Shown piece after piece: positions 28,001-38,000 of a stretch of DNA of 64,000 bases. Position numbers and translations under genes: made by a program. Every line of letters starts with the position of its first letter. Positions within the stretch are counted from its first letter, which is position 1. Below the pieces are notes generated by a model. The model saw only the letters and a program-made list of their open reading frames with translations, ran no database searches and was not told the origin of the DNA. Origin of the DNA: a virus (lineage: Duplodnaviria; Heunggongvirae; Uroviricota; Caudoviricetes); IMG/VR virus record IMGVR_UViG_3300010383_000113, positions 37,830 through 101,829 of that record; one strand, written 5' to 3'.

Positions 28001-30633
28001 TGCGGGGCCTGGCCGACGACACGTCCGACCGCCGCCAGGACCTCCTGCTCCAGGGCCGCGAACTCGCCGTCGAGAACCTCCGGAACCTGACGGGCCGCAA
28101 CTTCCGCGTCGGCGTCGAGGACCGCCTCTCGCCCGTCAACGCCGTCCAGGCCCGGCTCGCGGGGGACATCGCCTTCGACCCCGAGGCCATCGGCCGCCGC
28201 CTGGAGCAGATCAGCCGCGAGACGCTGGAGCAGCAGCGGATCGTCCAGGACCCCGGGACCGCCCGCGACGCCCGCAAGGCCGCCCAGGACGCCTTCGGCC
28301 GCCTGACCGACGAGTCGGCCGACCTGGTCAAGGCCCTCGAACGCCTCTCCGACTCCTCGTCCCGGCTCTCCGCCATCCAGGCCGAGGCCGCCGAGGTCGA
28401 GAAGGTCCGCGACAGCCGGCTGGGCCTCACCGAGAGGCTCCTCACGGCCGACCCCCGGGCCCGCATGGACTTCGAACGGGGCCTCTACGGGGCCCGGGTC
28501 GCCGGCTCCCAGGGCAGCTTCGCCGGGTTCGGCCCCGAGGAGATCAAGCTTACGCTCGACGCCCTGCGGGCCTTCGGCGACGCGAACATCATGGAGGGGC
28601 CCCTCAAGGGCTTCACGGGCAAGGGGGCGGCCGACCGCCTGATCGCCCGGTCGGGCGGGCTCGTCGGCGTCGACAACGCCTCGCCGGTCGCCGAACTCGC
28701 CACGCTGCAACGCGGGATGATGCAGGTCCAGGCCGACGCCCTCAAGGCGAACGAGGCCCTCGGCAAGTTCCAGAAGGACCGGGCCGACGAGTTCTTCGCC
28801 AACCTCGACAAGGGCTTCGAGAAGTTCTTCCGGGAGGCCGACACGCGGCTGGCCAGGGCCGACGTCGACGACGTGACCAAGCGGGTCCAGGCGGGCCGGG
28901 CCGAACTCGCCCGCCGCACCGACGTGCTCCAGAGGGCGTCCGGGGTCGCCGGGGCGTTCGCGGCCTCTCCCGACGACGACGGCCTGATGCGGGCCCGCCG
29001 CCTCGCCGCCAACGCCGACCTCCCCAAGCTGGCCGACGCCCTCTCCAGCCAGCGTCGCCTCGACGCGGCCGTCCAGCGTCCCTGGAAGCTCGACGGGCTC
29101 GAACTCGGGCTCGGCGACGCGGGGGACCTCCGGACCAACGCCGGCCGCCAGAAGTTCCTGGACGCCTACAAGGAGCGGGTCGATCGCGGCCGGGGCGGGG
29201 TCGCGGCCCGGACCGGACTGCCCCAGGACGTGGTCGACGACGCCTTCACGCGATACTACGCGAAAGTCCGCCAGGAGGCAGGCTCCGGAGACCTCTCGGG
29301 ATTCCAGACGAAAACGACCTTCAACCAGGTGCTCGCAAAGGCGGCCGAGGACGCCCAGATCCGGACGAACGGCGAGGTGGGCGGACTGACGGTCCGGATC
29401 GCCGAGGACGTCTACGGCTCCTACAACCAGGCCAACGGCGACCGGGTCGGCTACGGGGCCCTCAATCGCGGCCTGCTCGAAGACCGCCTGGGGGGCCTGG
29501 GCGGGGTCCGGAGCGTGAACGACGCCTCGGCCGCCGTGATCCTCCAGCAGCGGGACCTCACGAAGGCGAACGAGGACCTCAAGCAGGCCGTCGAGACCCT
29601 CAACAAGACCCTCGAACAAACCTCCCCTGCTCCTCCGGCCCAGTACCGGGCCGTCGGCGGGCCGATCTTCCGCCGTCGCGGCACCGACACCGTGCCGGCG
29701 ATGCTCACGCCGAAGGAACACGTCATCAACGCCCGGTCGGCCGAGGCGAATCGCCCCCTCCTTAACTTCATCAATACCAAGACGGGCCCGATCACCCCCA
29801 ACGATCTCGCCCGAATGTACGGGATCAAAGATGATCGGCCTATAGGCCCGAGCAAGTCTTTCCTGGACGGGCTCCGGAAGAGGACGGGGAAGGACATCGT
29901 CGGCCCTCCGAACCTCGGCCGCAGGCGTCGCCGCCGCTACGCCCGCCAGCCCTGGTCGACGGGGTGGAACGACCTGATGTGGGGAGGGCCGTTCGCCCCC
30001 CAGGCCGCGAGCTTCGACCCGCAGTTCTTCACGGGCCTGATGTGGGGGATGATCCCCGGCTTCTCGTCCGGCGGCGTGGTCCCGGGCGTCTCCTACCTCG
30101 CGGGCGGCGGCGTGGTCCCGACCCGCCCGGCGGGGGGCGGGGGCGTCGTCCCGGTCGGCGGCGACTTCCGCGACCGTCGGCTGGAGCAGATGTTCCCCCC
30201 GACGCAGTACCGTGCGGCGGGCGGCGTGATCCTCTCGCGGCCCCCGGCCGGCGGGATCGTCCCGGTGGTCGACTCCGACGGCGGCCCGGCCTCGTTCGCG
30301 TCGCCGCCCCGGGCGTCGGCCTCCTCCGCCCCGGCCCCGGACCTCCGGGCCTTCGCCTCCTCGGCCGCCTCGGTCGCGTCGAGCATGGAGCTGTTCGCCA
30401 AGCACGCCACGGCCTTCTCCGACGGGGCCGCCCGCCTCGCCGACGTGCTGGCCTCCAACCCGATCCCGAGCCAGATCAACGTCCAGACGAACCACCGGGT
30501 GGAGGTCCTGATCAACGGGGCCCAGCTCATCGCGGCGATCAAGGCGGACACGGCCGAGGTCGTCGCGGCCGAGGTCCTCGGGCGGCTCCAGTCCGAGATC
30601 ACCCGCCATCTCCGCGACATGCCGATGCGATGA
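22015..30633 (+). CDS. Tail tape measure protein (about 2,870 aa)
   Basis: N-terminal TP901-type helical domain (LRQAGLSA...INTVSGEFAVESEDL...IATGMRTIFARV), GGVIPGHGSGDKVP..AEPGEFV and GTDTVPAMLTPKEHV motifs; ATG at 22015. Confidence 0.9.
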   Translation: MAKGFQINTRLNVAGVDGIDDAVRKIQSRIGAIKGGLDFQIDPSAQRRLQGLSNQVTAVGRSSRSAAREMSGLGVAAGSVSVHADVVNVVQKLGRETRNATRATRELKSEVDALKSQSRLAGEAFGSTARRYGTFLVVARGFQAVSSAIGDSISEAVKFQHEMVRLSQIGGTSARAVADIGAEVGRLATTLGASSRDLSQVSVTLRQAGLSATETKTALEALAKTTLAPTFESLKSTTEGVIAMRQQFGVTADEIEKRLGAINTVSGEFAVESEDLVTAIKKAGGAFKAASGDLVSSEQSFNQLLALFTSVRNTTRESADEIATGMRTIFARVQSNAVANSLKEMGVNLRYTREEAQEFGRDVEGRFVGAYEAVRRLAAATSNLPTTDPRFSQIVEQLGGFRQISRVIPLLQQFGTAQKAYTTAQAGANSLTVDAAKAQDSLIVKTSKLKEELMDLVRTFADNKGVQAMATTFLDAATAAVKLAKSIEPLVPLIAVIGSARALGAAKQFGIGAIDKFRDLGAPATKYPKEVRRRDGGVIPGHGSGDKVPLWAEPGEFVLRKSAARRIGYAALQEWNAGKYQQGGSVRKKPRGHSLPILTEPGEFYFDRREVDRIGRSRLEYANRTGRLPEDVLVKMEEADPRNKLARKLAEIGGMGATVVGRYAKGGIVQTPSARTLDFERIKRLRSIVIPTPADDGEGGVAGKKRTMQVDGVSRVRRRFEIDPVTRRPTARARFYAKSRQIRYSASNIGMPVPGHVLGVIGRGDVKPTPEQLKKVLGFAKGGSISKEELERRLKLLNEKLPPELQSYAEQLAPFYDTGRNTLAKGRGSKSVQFRGVINAIIGSSLGGSAAGRTGTLIQHIADSVSDISDPQDLTASRIEMMGRSNRNQFMTKGGRQAGLIDAFDFGELERMIAEEAAAAVYEARHKQLADVKRDLSDEEGGSWRRRRSGAKNSFQASNPRVTTAAQARAERDALGFTGFNEMVAAQRARREAESLVPPDPRRVDERARRGPAYRIGEQANQASVRSGLAGRGRLRGRTSASGGAGMGPSSSPAPASAGGELALYRPGGRDLVRTPRGLATSGGRDLASREFQKTVEQFGRHVAKYGQFGVELFDGLEDVIDVDYRVVRPAAALPSPGIPLADRADASVVFDVPANRASAGFKRVETPRGTTYVADADGSTIPLASQARMASHQFSPSSPPPKPPAKPPIPFAGPKSQGIVPPRFVDRPIPETYALLGEDPADSYAQGVRTNRARLIAGMAVGSPMDAARYQDRNAGRIREALADRYYRALKPRVGVDMSDEDARSYAERAVARRERRGGISGVNDALVNFLSADLRRSGVDGGRYEEVLGRRYSRLTDMGGERLGLEKYHRDRLRASRPDANPERIARIARRLADRNIRHDAYVSREGDDVYHVGRNQKRSGGASNAAVGRRWTGLLYERAASRLAGEAGVDGSMPSLWADPNYSPTTPPAPAKGGRFGRLGRAGRGVGRLARKGIGRIGRRGGLGLGASGIAAAALYADYFDRQGGGDYDSVEGLERNRGSRTTRGALTFGALGFQAGTMAGGPVVGVLAGLAGTLYGFANTTREIDKEIAGVKIGDSLGRLSKAMDDVAEGRRSVDGVVGEINARSREVGRLSAASAVGAGDNAADSIYNALADVPVLGRVVQSIDSASYGGLSFLGTSALDKEKAEAEARLTKERETLNPLLPQIRQTFQESLSRNVKLDPSLYRLTPGVDPEEQRRRRRSLILGGGGGELIRTIARVQKSSFDDVLRDFDRDFVQAMRNRQAEQGARFLESDGDLQLRRFERLGDALDAATSSLKGLREEADAIESLATGRASSTSISGISDRVDLIGGLDPSAVRDTTRFARGSLGSVGSGIVGRFGGMIEEMDQVRRELTGRLVDAASGGGTGEGEIIGTLSKAFEGFSPETQKRLNSKLDTMDPKTVLQELTANPEKLAQQIGDNVFKETEQVWKSVVKGLEGAFADYAGGRNRGRTLRGLADDTSDRRQDLLLQGRELAVENLRNLTGRNFRVGVEDRLSPVNAVQARLAGDIAFDPEAIGRRLEQISRETLEQQRIVQDPGTARDARKAAQDAFGRLTDESADLVKALERLSDSSSRLSAIQAEAAEVEKVRDSRLGLTERLLTADPRARMDFERGLYGARVAGSQGSFAGFGPEEIKLTLDALRAFGDANIMEGPLKGFTGKGAADRLIARSGGLVGVDNASPVAELATLQRGMMQVQADALKANEALGKFQKDRADEFFANLDKGFEKFFREADTRLARADVDDVTKRVQAGRAELARRTDVLQRASGVAGAFAASPDDDGLMRARRLAANADLPKLADALSSQRRLDAAVQRPWKLDGLELGLGDAGDLRTNAGRQKFLDAYKERVDRGRGGVAARTGLPQDVVDDAFTRYYAKVRQEAGSGDLSGFQTKTTFNQVLAKAAEDAQIRTNGEVGGLTVRIAEDVYGSYNQANGDRVGYGALNRGLLEDRLGGLGGVRSVNDASAAVILQQRDLTKANEDLKQAVETLNKTLEQTSPAPPAQYRAVGGPIFRRRGTDTVPAMLTPKEHVINARSAEANRPLLNFINTKTGPITPNDLARMYGIKDDRPIGPSKSFLDGLRKRTGKDIVGPPNLGRRRRRRYARQPWSTGWNDLMWGGPFAPQAASFDPQFFTGLMWGMIPGFSSGGVVPGVSYLAGGGVVPTRPAGGGGVVPVGGDFRDRRLEQMFPPTQYRAAGGVILSRPPAGGIVPVVDSDGGPASFASPPRASASSAPAPDLRAFASSAASVASSMELFAKHATAFSDGAARLADVLASNPIPSQINVQTNHRVEVLINGAQLIAAIKADTAEVVAAEVLGRLQSEITRHLRDMPMR

Positions 30634-30641
30634 GGTAGACC

Positions 30642-33101
30642 TTGCCCACGCCCAAGTACGCCCGCCAATTCGACGTCTCCAGCCCCGAGTTCTACAAGAC
30701 CGGGTCGTGGACCAACCCGACCCTCGACATGTCGGGGTACGCCTACTTCGGCCCCAACCAGTGGTACGCGAACGGGGCGGGGTCGGGCTCCAATTTCGCG
30801 AGCTGGACGCTCACCGACGCCCCCGTCGGGGTGCCCCTCAAGGTCTATCTGACCTGGAATTCGCGTGCCCCGGAGACCCTGGGCGACGGCACGGCCTCGA
30901 CCGGCACCTACGTCAACGTCGACCCCGGGGACGGCGTCGGCTTCGGCTCGAACGTGAACCAGGCCCGCGTCCCGGTCCCGACGGCCGGCTATCCCGCCTA
31001 CTACGACCACGTCGCGTCCGGGGTCGGCTGGAAGCTGATCCAGACGGTGTCGTCGGCCGACGGCTGGCTTACGGTCTCGGTCTCGGACTTCGGGGCGACC
31101 GGCAAGATCTGGGTGGACGGCCTCCGCGTCGTCGACGCGACCCTCGACCAGCCCTGCAAGACCCCGGCCCCGTTCGAGGACGACTTCCAGGACGGCGTCG
31201 CGTCGACCTCGTGGCAGGCCTTCGGAGGGACGTGGGGCGAGTCGGGGGGGATCTATCGCCAGACCGCCACGGGGTCGTCGTCGCGGAAGGCACGCCAGTA
31301 TTACCAGGAATGGTCGAGGACGCACTGCGAGGTCCTGGCCAAGGTCCGCGTCGACTCCTGGACGGATTCCAACGCGAATTCGCGGGCCGGCGTCGCCCTC
31401 AACGTCAACGGCTCGGGGCAGGGATACGCCCTGACCTTCGACGGCCGGAGTGCGTCCCGGGACGCGATCGCCCTGGTCGACGACGCCTGGGGCTGGACCG
31501 CCGCCGCCCCCTTCGCCTGGTCGACCGCCACCTGGTACTGGTTCCGCCTGCGTCGCTCGGGCGGGCTGCTGCAAGGCCGCGTCTGGGCCGTCGGCGACGC
31601 GGAACCTTCGACGTGGGCCTGCGAGACGACGATCGGGTCGCCCTTCCTCGACCGCACCGACGGCTACCCAGCCCTCGTCGGCAACGCCCCCTCGTCGTTC
31701 GACGACGTCGCCATGTCGCAGTTCGACGGCGTGACGGCCTGCTCGGGCGTCCTGACGACCCAGAAGTCGCTGTCCGCGTCGGGGTCCGTGAGCATGGCCC
31801 CGAAGACGGGCACGGCCTCGCCCTCCCGCTCGAAGTCGACCCTCTCCGCGTCGGCGTCGTACTCGGGCCCGAAGTCCGGGTCCGCGACCAACTCCAAGCA
31901 CCCCCTGCTCCAGTCCGGGGGGACGTTCGCCCCCAGCCGGCAAGGCGGCCTGACCCGCACCATCGGCCATCCCGCGATGGGAGGAGCAGGGAGTTGGGCG
32001 TCCCTCACCTCGGCCGGCACGCTGGCGAAGTCCCGCCACCCCGAGGTCGCGGCCTCCGGCACGAGGACGGCCCCCGTCTATTCGGGGGACCTCGACCGGG
32101 CGACGTCCCCCAAGGCCCTGGCGGGGGCGGCCCAGAACGACAACTACATGCGGCACGGGTCGGCCTCCCCCAAGGCGAAGAAGGCCCTGGCCGGCGTCGG
32201 CACCTACAAGTACACGCTCCAGACCACCGGCGTCGATCTCTCGCACTCGCCCGAGGTCCAGGCGTTCGGAACCGGCTTCATGCCCGCCTGGGCCCCCGTC
32301 TCGATCGTCGGGTCGGAGGGCTGGAACGACGTCGGGTCGATCGCCCTGGCCGTCTCCGGGCACGAGCCCGAGGAGGCGTCGATCCCCCTGGCCCTGCCGG
32401 CCGTCGCCTCGACCGCGAACGCGGCCTCGATCCCCCTGGTCGTCACGTCGGTGGGCGGCCTCTCCGCGTCCCTCGGCGTCGCCCTCAAGGGGGCCTCGTG
32501 GGAGTCCCTGTCGCACGCGGTGCCGCTCTGGACGTTCGGCGACGGGGCCGATTCCGCCTTCCGCCAGGTCCCGCTCTCGATCCGGGGCTCCCGGGCCCGC
32601 TCGTCGGCCGCCCTCGGCCTGGCGATCTTCGGCGTGGACGAGGGGGAGTCGCGGGCCGCCCTGAACCTCGCGATCGTCGGCGGGGGCACCCCCTGCTCCT
32701 CCTCCCTGCCGGTCTTCATCGCGTCGAGGCCCCCGGTCGGCCGGTCGCTCCCCATCTTCCTGGCGGCCCCTCCCGGCACCCCCGGGGCGATCCCCGTGGG
32801 ACAGGCCCTCAACCTGTACTGCGAGTGGGGGCTCCAGGCCGTCGTGCCGCTCGTCTGCGGCGGCTTCGTCGCCGACGGCTCGGTCCCGCTGGCGATCCTC
32901 GGCTCGCAACCCCTGGAGTCCTCGGTCGACCTCCGGATCGTCGGCGAGGGCGGCGTAAGTTATGGCACGGCCGACCTCTGCCTGCCGCTGGTCGCGGACC
33001 TGACGGCCGCCGACGCCTCGCTCGACCTCGCCCTGCCCGGGGTCCTGGCCGCCCTCTCGGCCCGCACCAACCTCTTCATCAACGGCTGGAGGCCCTCCTG
33101 A
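30642..33101 (+). CDS. Tail adhesin: golvesin/CBM-like and ConA/LamG-like lectin domains plus a repeat stalk
   Basis: GSGSNFASWTLT...VYLTW...VNQA...LTVSVSD...IWVDGLRV (golvesin-like); FEDDFQDG...GGTW...WYWFRLRRSG (ConA-like). Confidence 0.65.
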   Translation: MPTPKYARQFDVSSPEFYKTGSWTNPTLDMSGYAYFGPNQWYANGAGSGSNFASWTLTDAPVGVPLKVYLTWNSRAPETLGDGTASTGTYVNVDPGDGVGFGSNVNQARVPVPTAGYPAYYDHVASGVGWKLIQTVSSADGWLTVSVSDFGATGKIWVDGLRVVDATLDQPCKTPAPFEDDFQDGVASTSWQAFGGTWGESGGIYRQTATGSSSRKARQYYQEWSRTHCEVLAKVRVDSWTDSNANSRAGVALNVNGSGQGYALTFDGRSASRDAIALVDDAWGWTAAAPFAWSTATWYWFRLRRSGGLLQGRVWAVGDAEPSTWACETTIGSPFLDRTDGYPALVGNAPSSFDDVAMSQFDGVTACSGVLTTQKSLSASGSVSMAPKTGTASPSRSKSTLSASASYSGPKSGSATNSKHPLLQSGGTFAPSRQGGLTRTIGHPAMGGAGSWASLTSAGTLAKSRHPEVAASGTRTAPVYSGDLDRATSPKALAGAAQNDNYMRHGSASPKAKKALAGVGTYKYTLQTTGVDLSHSPEVQAFGTGFMPAWAPVSIVGSEGWNDVGSIALAVSGHEPEEASIPLALPAVASTANAASIPLVVTSVGGLSASLGVALKGASWESLSHAVPLWTFGDGADSAFRQVPLSIRGSRARSSAALGLAIFGVDEGESRAALNLAIVGGGTPCSSSLPVFIASRPPVGRSLPIFLAAPPGTPGAIPVGQALNLYCEWGLQAVVPLVCGGFVADGSVPLAILGSQPLESSVDLRIVGEGGVSYGTADLCLPLVADLTAADASLDLALPGVLAALSARTNLFINGWRPS

Positions 33102-33102
33102 C

Positions 33103-35067
33103 ATGCCGGTCTTCTACGGCGACTTCGAACTCAGGCCCGTCCAGGGCGTGGCCCTCACCCACGAGCCCCGCTACGCCGGGGACGGGCGGCGGATCGCCCG
33201 GACCGTGGTCGCCACCGCCAGCGGCACCATCGTCGCCGAGAACCCGGACGGCGTCTTCACCCCCGTCGACCTCGACTCCCGCCTGACGGTCATCCTGCAA
33301 CGCCAGAAGGAGATCCGCGAGGCCCTCTCCCGCGACGGCGAGACCTTCCAGATCCAGGGCTGGGACGGCGGCGTCCCGGTCCGGTGGCCCGCCCGCGTCC
33401 GCGACGTCCAGTTCGCCGAGGGGGACTGGGTCAACGGCTGCCCCTACACGATCGTCTTCGAGGGCCCGGCCGTGGCCGGCGAGGAGGAGGACGCCCCCTT
33501 CGTCGAGAGCTTCTCGGAGTCCTGGCAGTTCGAGGAGGACGAGCAGACCTGGACGACCCGGGCCTCGCACTCGATCCAGGCCAAGGGCGTCACCGAGTAC
33601 GACGGCGTGGGCGGGGTCGCCAAGCACGCCTGGCAGCACGCCCGGGACTTCGCCAGGAATCAGCTCGGCCTGGGCTGGACGACGGTGGGCGACGCCTCCT
33701 GGTCCCCGCAGTCGGGCCAGGTCGTAGCAGGGGGGTCGGCGGCCGTCCTCTCGGGCACCTCGGCCTGGAACCCGGTCCGGTCGGACTCGGTGGACGAGAT
33801 CGAGGGGACGTATTCGGCCTCCGAATCCTTCGTCCTGAGCGACCAGCCCTGGTGGGAGGAGTACCAGGTCGTCTCGCGGGCCTCCGACGCCGAGCCGGCC
33901 GCCATCGTCACCGCCACCGTCTCGGGCGTGATCCACGGCCTCTTCGCGAACCCCGGCGACTTCCAGGCCAAGGCCGGCAACGCCCAGGCCGGATGGGACG
34001 CGATCAAGTCGCAGCTCCTCGCCAGGGCCCAGGCGACCGTGGCCGGGGCGACCCTGTCGGCCCCCAGCGTGAAGGAGCGGACCGTCGACCCCAAGGGGGG
34101 CACGATCAGCTACTCGGTCGAGTTCTCCAACCGGGCGATCGTCGACCAGACCTGGGAAGTCTGGGACGTCACCCCCCGCACCGCCCACGACGACTACAAG
34201 ACGGCCGTCACGGTCGCGGGCGTCGTCCACGGCGTCACCAACCTCGACGAGGAGGTCGACCCGGCGATCCGGCTGACGCGGGCCAAGCTCCGCTGGGAGG
34301 CCGTCAAGGGCCTGGTCTACGCGAGGGCCGTCCAGGGCTCGGGCGTGAACGACCTCAAACTCTTCCCCGTCGGGGCCCAGACGTCGTCGAACGCCGAGGA
34401 CGGATCGCTCTCGTACCAGTACGAGTTCGACAACCGCGAGCACGAGGGGGTCGACCACACCTTCACGGTCTCCAAGCGGACCTCCATCGAGGACGGGATC
34501 ACCTCCATCTCGGTCGACGGGACGATCAAGGGGCTCCGCACCGCGTCGCCCACGGCCCCCTTCGCGGCGGCCGACCGCGAGGAACGCTACCGCAACGCCA
34601 AGGCGTACTGGGCCGGCGTCCAGCCCAACCTCCTGGGCGTCGCCGCCCTCTACGTCGCCTCGGCCGGAGTCAACCCGAAGCCCCGCACGGCCGTCGACTC
34701 GCACGCCCCGTCCGACGGCGTCGTCACCTACCAGGCCGAGTTCACCACCCAGCCCGACCCGACCGTCCCCGGGGCCCTCTCCGAGATGATCACCGTGGCC
34801 GACACCCGGGCCGTCCCCGTGGTGGTCCAGCAGGCGATCCCCGGACGGGCCGACGGCCCCATCCTCCAGGACCTCAACACCGTGACCGCCAAGGAACGCG
34901 AGGTCTCCCTGGAGGCCGTCTTCCCCGCCGGCACGACGACGGCCCCCTCCGTCTCGCTCGACGCCTGGGCACCCGCCGGGGACGTCGTCAAGAAGTCGCG
35001 TGACGTCGCCACCTGGTCGCCCACGACCCGCCGCCTGGTCCAAACCACCTCCTGGATCTACGTATGA
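33103..35067 (+). CDS. Tail-tip/baseplate protein with internal repeats
   Basis: 654 aa; repeated TVSG.IHG ... W..(I/V)K ... Y..EF.N units. Confidence 0.6.
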   Translation: MPVFYGDFELRPVQGVALTHEPRYAGDGRRIARTVVATASGTIVAENPDGVFTPVDLDSRLTVILQRQKEIREALSRDGETFQIQGWDGGVPVRWPARVRDVQFAEGDWVNGCPYTIVFEGPAVAGEEEDAPFVESFSESWQFEEDEQTWTTRASHSIQAKGVTEYDGVGGVAKHAWQHARDFARNQLGLGWTTVGDASWSPQSGQVVAGGSAAVLSGTSAWNPVRSDSVDEIEGTYSASESFVLSDQPWWEEYQVVSRASDAEPAAIVTATVSGVIHGLFANPGDFQAKAGNAQAGWDAIKSQLLARAQATVAGATLSAPSVKERTVDPKGGTISYSVEFSNRAIVDQTWEVWDVTPRTAHDDYKTAVTVAGVVHGVTNLDEEVDPAIRLTRAKLRWEAVKGLVYARAVQGSGVNDLKLFPVGAQTSSNAEDGSLSYQYEFDNREHEGVDHTFTVSKRTSIEDGITSISVDGTIKGLRTASPTAPFAAADREERYRNAKAYWAGVQPNLLGVAALYVASAGVNPKPRTAVDSHAPSDGVVTYQAEFTTQPDPTVPGALSEMITVADTRAVPVVVQQAIPGRADGPILQDLNTVTAKEREVSLEAVFPAGTTTAPSVSLDAWAPAGDVVKKSRDVATWSPTTRRLVQTTSWIYV

Positions 35068-38000
35068 GCATCCTGTCCAGCTTCACGTCGCCGATCAAGT
35101 TCCTCGGGGCCTCGGTCCGGTCGGCGACCCACGCGGGGGGCAACGGCGGATCCCACCTGACCCTGACGGTCGACCTCGTCGAGGACCCGAAGGCCGGCGA
35201 CCACTTCTCGCCGCCGCCGGTGTGGCACCCCGTCACGTTCGAGGCCGGGGCGATGAAGTTCCGGGGGATCCTCCAGAACCACCTCCGGCAGGACGACTTC
35301 CAGGGCTACCCGGCCTACCGCGTCGTCGTCGCCGACCCCGCCCAGATCCTCGAAGGCGTGGCCGTCATCACCGCCGACGTCGCCGACCCCGTCGACACCC
35401 CCAACGTCCTCAACGTCTACGGCTACTGGGAGGACCGGCTGAACTTCGGCGGCTCGCTGGCCAACGACCTGGGCATGCTCTGGGACGGACGCTGGCCCGA
35501 CCTGGGCCTGACGCCCGACGACGTCGTGGTCGAGGACCCCCTCCCCCTGGGCCTCAAGCCCGGCCTGGAGATCCTCGCCAACCAGGACTCGCCCTTCTCG
35601 GGCGGGATCAATTTCCGGGGGCGTCGCTACGGGCTCGACCTCTCGGGCCTCCCCCGGGTGCCGGAGCCGTTCCGCCTGGGGGGCGGGGCCCCGGTGATCG
35701 GCCTCATGCAGCTCGTCGCCGACCTCTGCGACGCCGCCGGGGCCGACGTCCAGATCATCCTGGGCGACGACGACGTCATCCGGTTCCAGAGCCTCTCCCG
35801 CAACCGCCCCATGGCCCCGGGCGTCCTGGCCCACTGGGCGGGCATGCAGCCCGACGTCCAGTCGAAGTCGATCGGCGTCGAGCTGGTCTCGGAGACGGCC
35901 AACGTCCTCCTGCGGGGCGGCCTCGTCCGGACGCTCAACCAGATCTACGGCTACGATTCCGAGGTGATCTGGCCCTACTGGGGGCTCGACGCCGACGGGA
36001 ACACGATCTGGGGCGAGGGCGTCCCCGAGGAATCCCACACGTTCACGCTGCCATGCGACGCCGTGGCCGACGCGGTGGGCTCGACCTCCTACCCCTGCTC
36101 CATCGCCGAGCTGCGGGCCGCCGCCGTGGACATGGACAGTTGGGCCGCCTACCTGGTGCGACGCGAGCCCGAGAAGGCCGAACTGCTCAACGTCGCTTCG
36201 GCCATCGACCGCGACTCCGACATGGCCGCCCTCTTCGGCGACCTGGTCTTCCGCCGCGACCTCCTCTCGACCCGCAAGAAGGACGCCGAGCTTTTCGGGG
36301 CGATGAACGAGGGCGACTACTGGAGCCACAAGGTCCAGGGCCTCTACGACTTCGTCGCCTCCTACGCCCGCGAGTACATGGGCCGCAAATTCCTGGTCCG
36401 GATCCCGTTCTGGATCTACTGGAAGGTCGTCCCCGACCAGTTCGGCTACGTGGCCACCGACGAGATCGAGTCCGAGGGCGGCTACATGGCGGAGGACTCC
36501 TTCCCGCTCGGCCTGCCCTACGCCGAGGTCGACAAGTTCATGACCGGGGACGGCCGGTTCGGCTGCTTCGTCGCCTTCCCGCTCGACGAGCGGATGAACC
36601 TGGCGAGGCTCTCCCCCGAGAACTACACGGTCGTGGGCGACACCGTCTACATGAAGGCCGAGGCCGAGCCGGGCATCTTCTACGCCCCGGGCCGCGTCTT
36701 CCCCTACGCCGTCGTGACCCTCGCCGAGCCGATCTTCGCCGTGCCCCCCGACCCCCTGGGGGGGATCGAGGACGTGGCCGACATGCTGGGGATGACGCCC
36801 GAGCAGGTCCGGTCGATGGCCGGCTATCGCACGTCGTCCTTCCCGGTGAGGATCCACCCTCCCTGCTACCGCCCCGCCGCCGTCGCCCTCCCCACGAAGT
36901 CGAATCGCAAGCGATACGGCAGCGAACGCTGGCTGGCCGGGGACGGCACCGGCGGGCCCGCCCAGGTCTTGATCGACGAAGACTTGACGCCCTGGACGTG
37001 CGGCGACGTCGCCTCCATGCTGGCGGCCGGCGAGGCGTCCATCAAGTCGATGACCACGGGCCGGATGGAGATCGAGACCGCCGAGCTGACGATCGTCGAC
37101 CTGCCCCGCTGCTCGATCCGCGAAGCTCTGGTAGAGGGCGGTCCGGCGGTCACCTCGATCGACCTCTCCATCTCGACGAACGGCGGCGTCCTGACGTCCT
37201 ACTCGATGCGGACCTACACGCCCTCCCCCTGGTCGTTCAGCCGATACAACGCCGAGCGGATCAAGGTCATGGGCCGGAACGCCAGGATGATGAGGGCGAA
37301 CGTCCGGAACCTCTACCAGCGGCGACGCGAACGCCAGATGGCCCAGCTCCGGGCCTACTCCGGCCTCATGGAGAACACGTCGCGGGCCGTAGCCCAGCGA
37401 TCCCCCCACGAATGCCTCATGGGTTTCATGGTCAAGGGAGGCCCGGACGATCGCTACCGCACGGCGGTCGCCATGGGCTCGCCCGAGGAGCTGCTGGCCA
37501 ACATGAGGGCCGACTCCCGCGAGTATCGCAACTTCGCCGGGATGGGCCTGGAGGGGCTGCTCCGCCCCATCAGCACCAACTTCCACCCCGAGACCCATCC
37601 GGAGACGCCGCCCGAGGGGGAGGAGCAGGGAGGGTACGGGGACGACTACGGCCTGCCCCACTTCGAGGAGCCCCACGAGGACGTCCGGTCCGACAGGAAG
37701 CTCCTGACGACGAAGGACATGAACCCCTTCAAGGACTCCGACGTCGACCTCATGGTCTCGGGGAGGGAGTACGCCGGCAACCTCCACCGCAAGAAGGGCG
37801 AGGTCGACCAGGACGACCTGCGGCCCCTCGTGCTCCGGGGCCCCCTCGCCGTCAACGGCTGGGGCCTGGAGATGACCGGCAAGCCCGTCCCCAACGCCGA
37901 CCAGTTCGACGGCGAGGGGAACGAGCGGCCCGTCCACGAGTGGTCGGACGAGTTCCTCGAAGATCACACGCAGAGGCCGGAACGCTGGAAGGCCGGGGTC

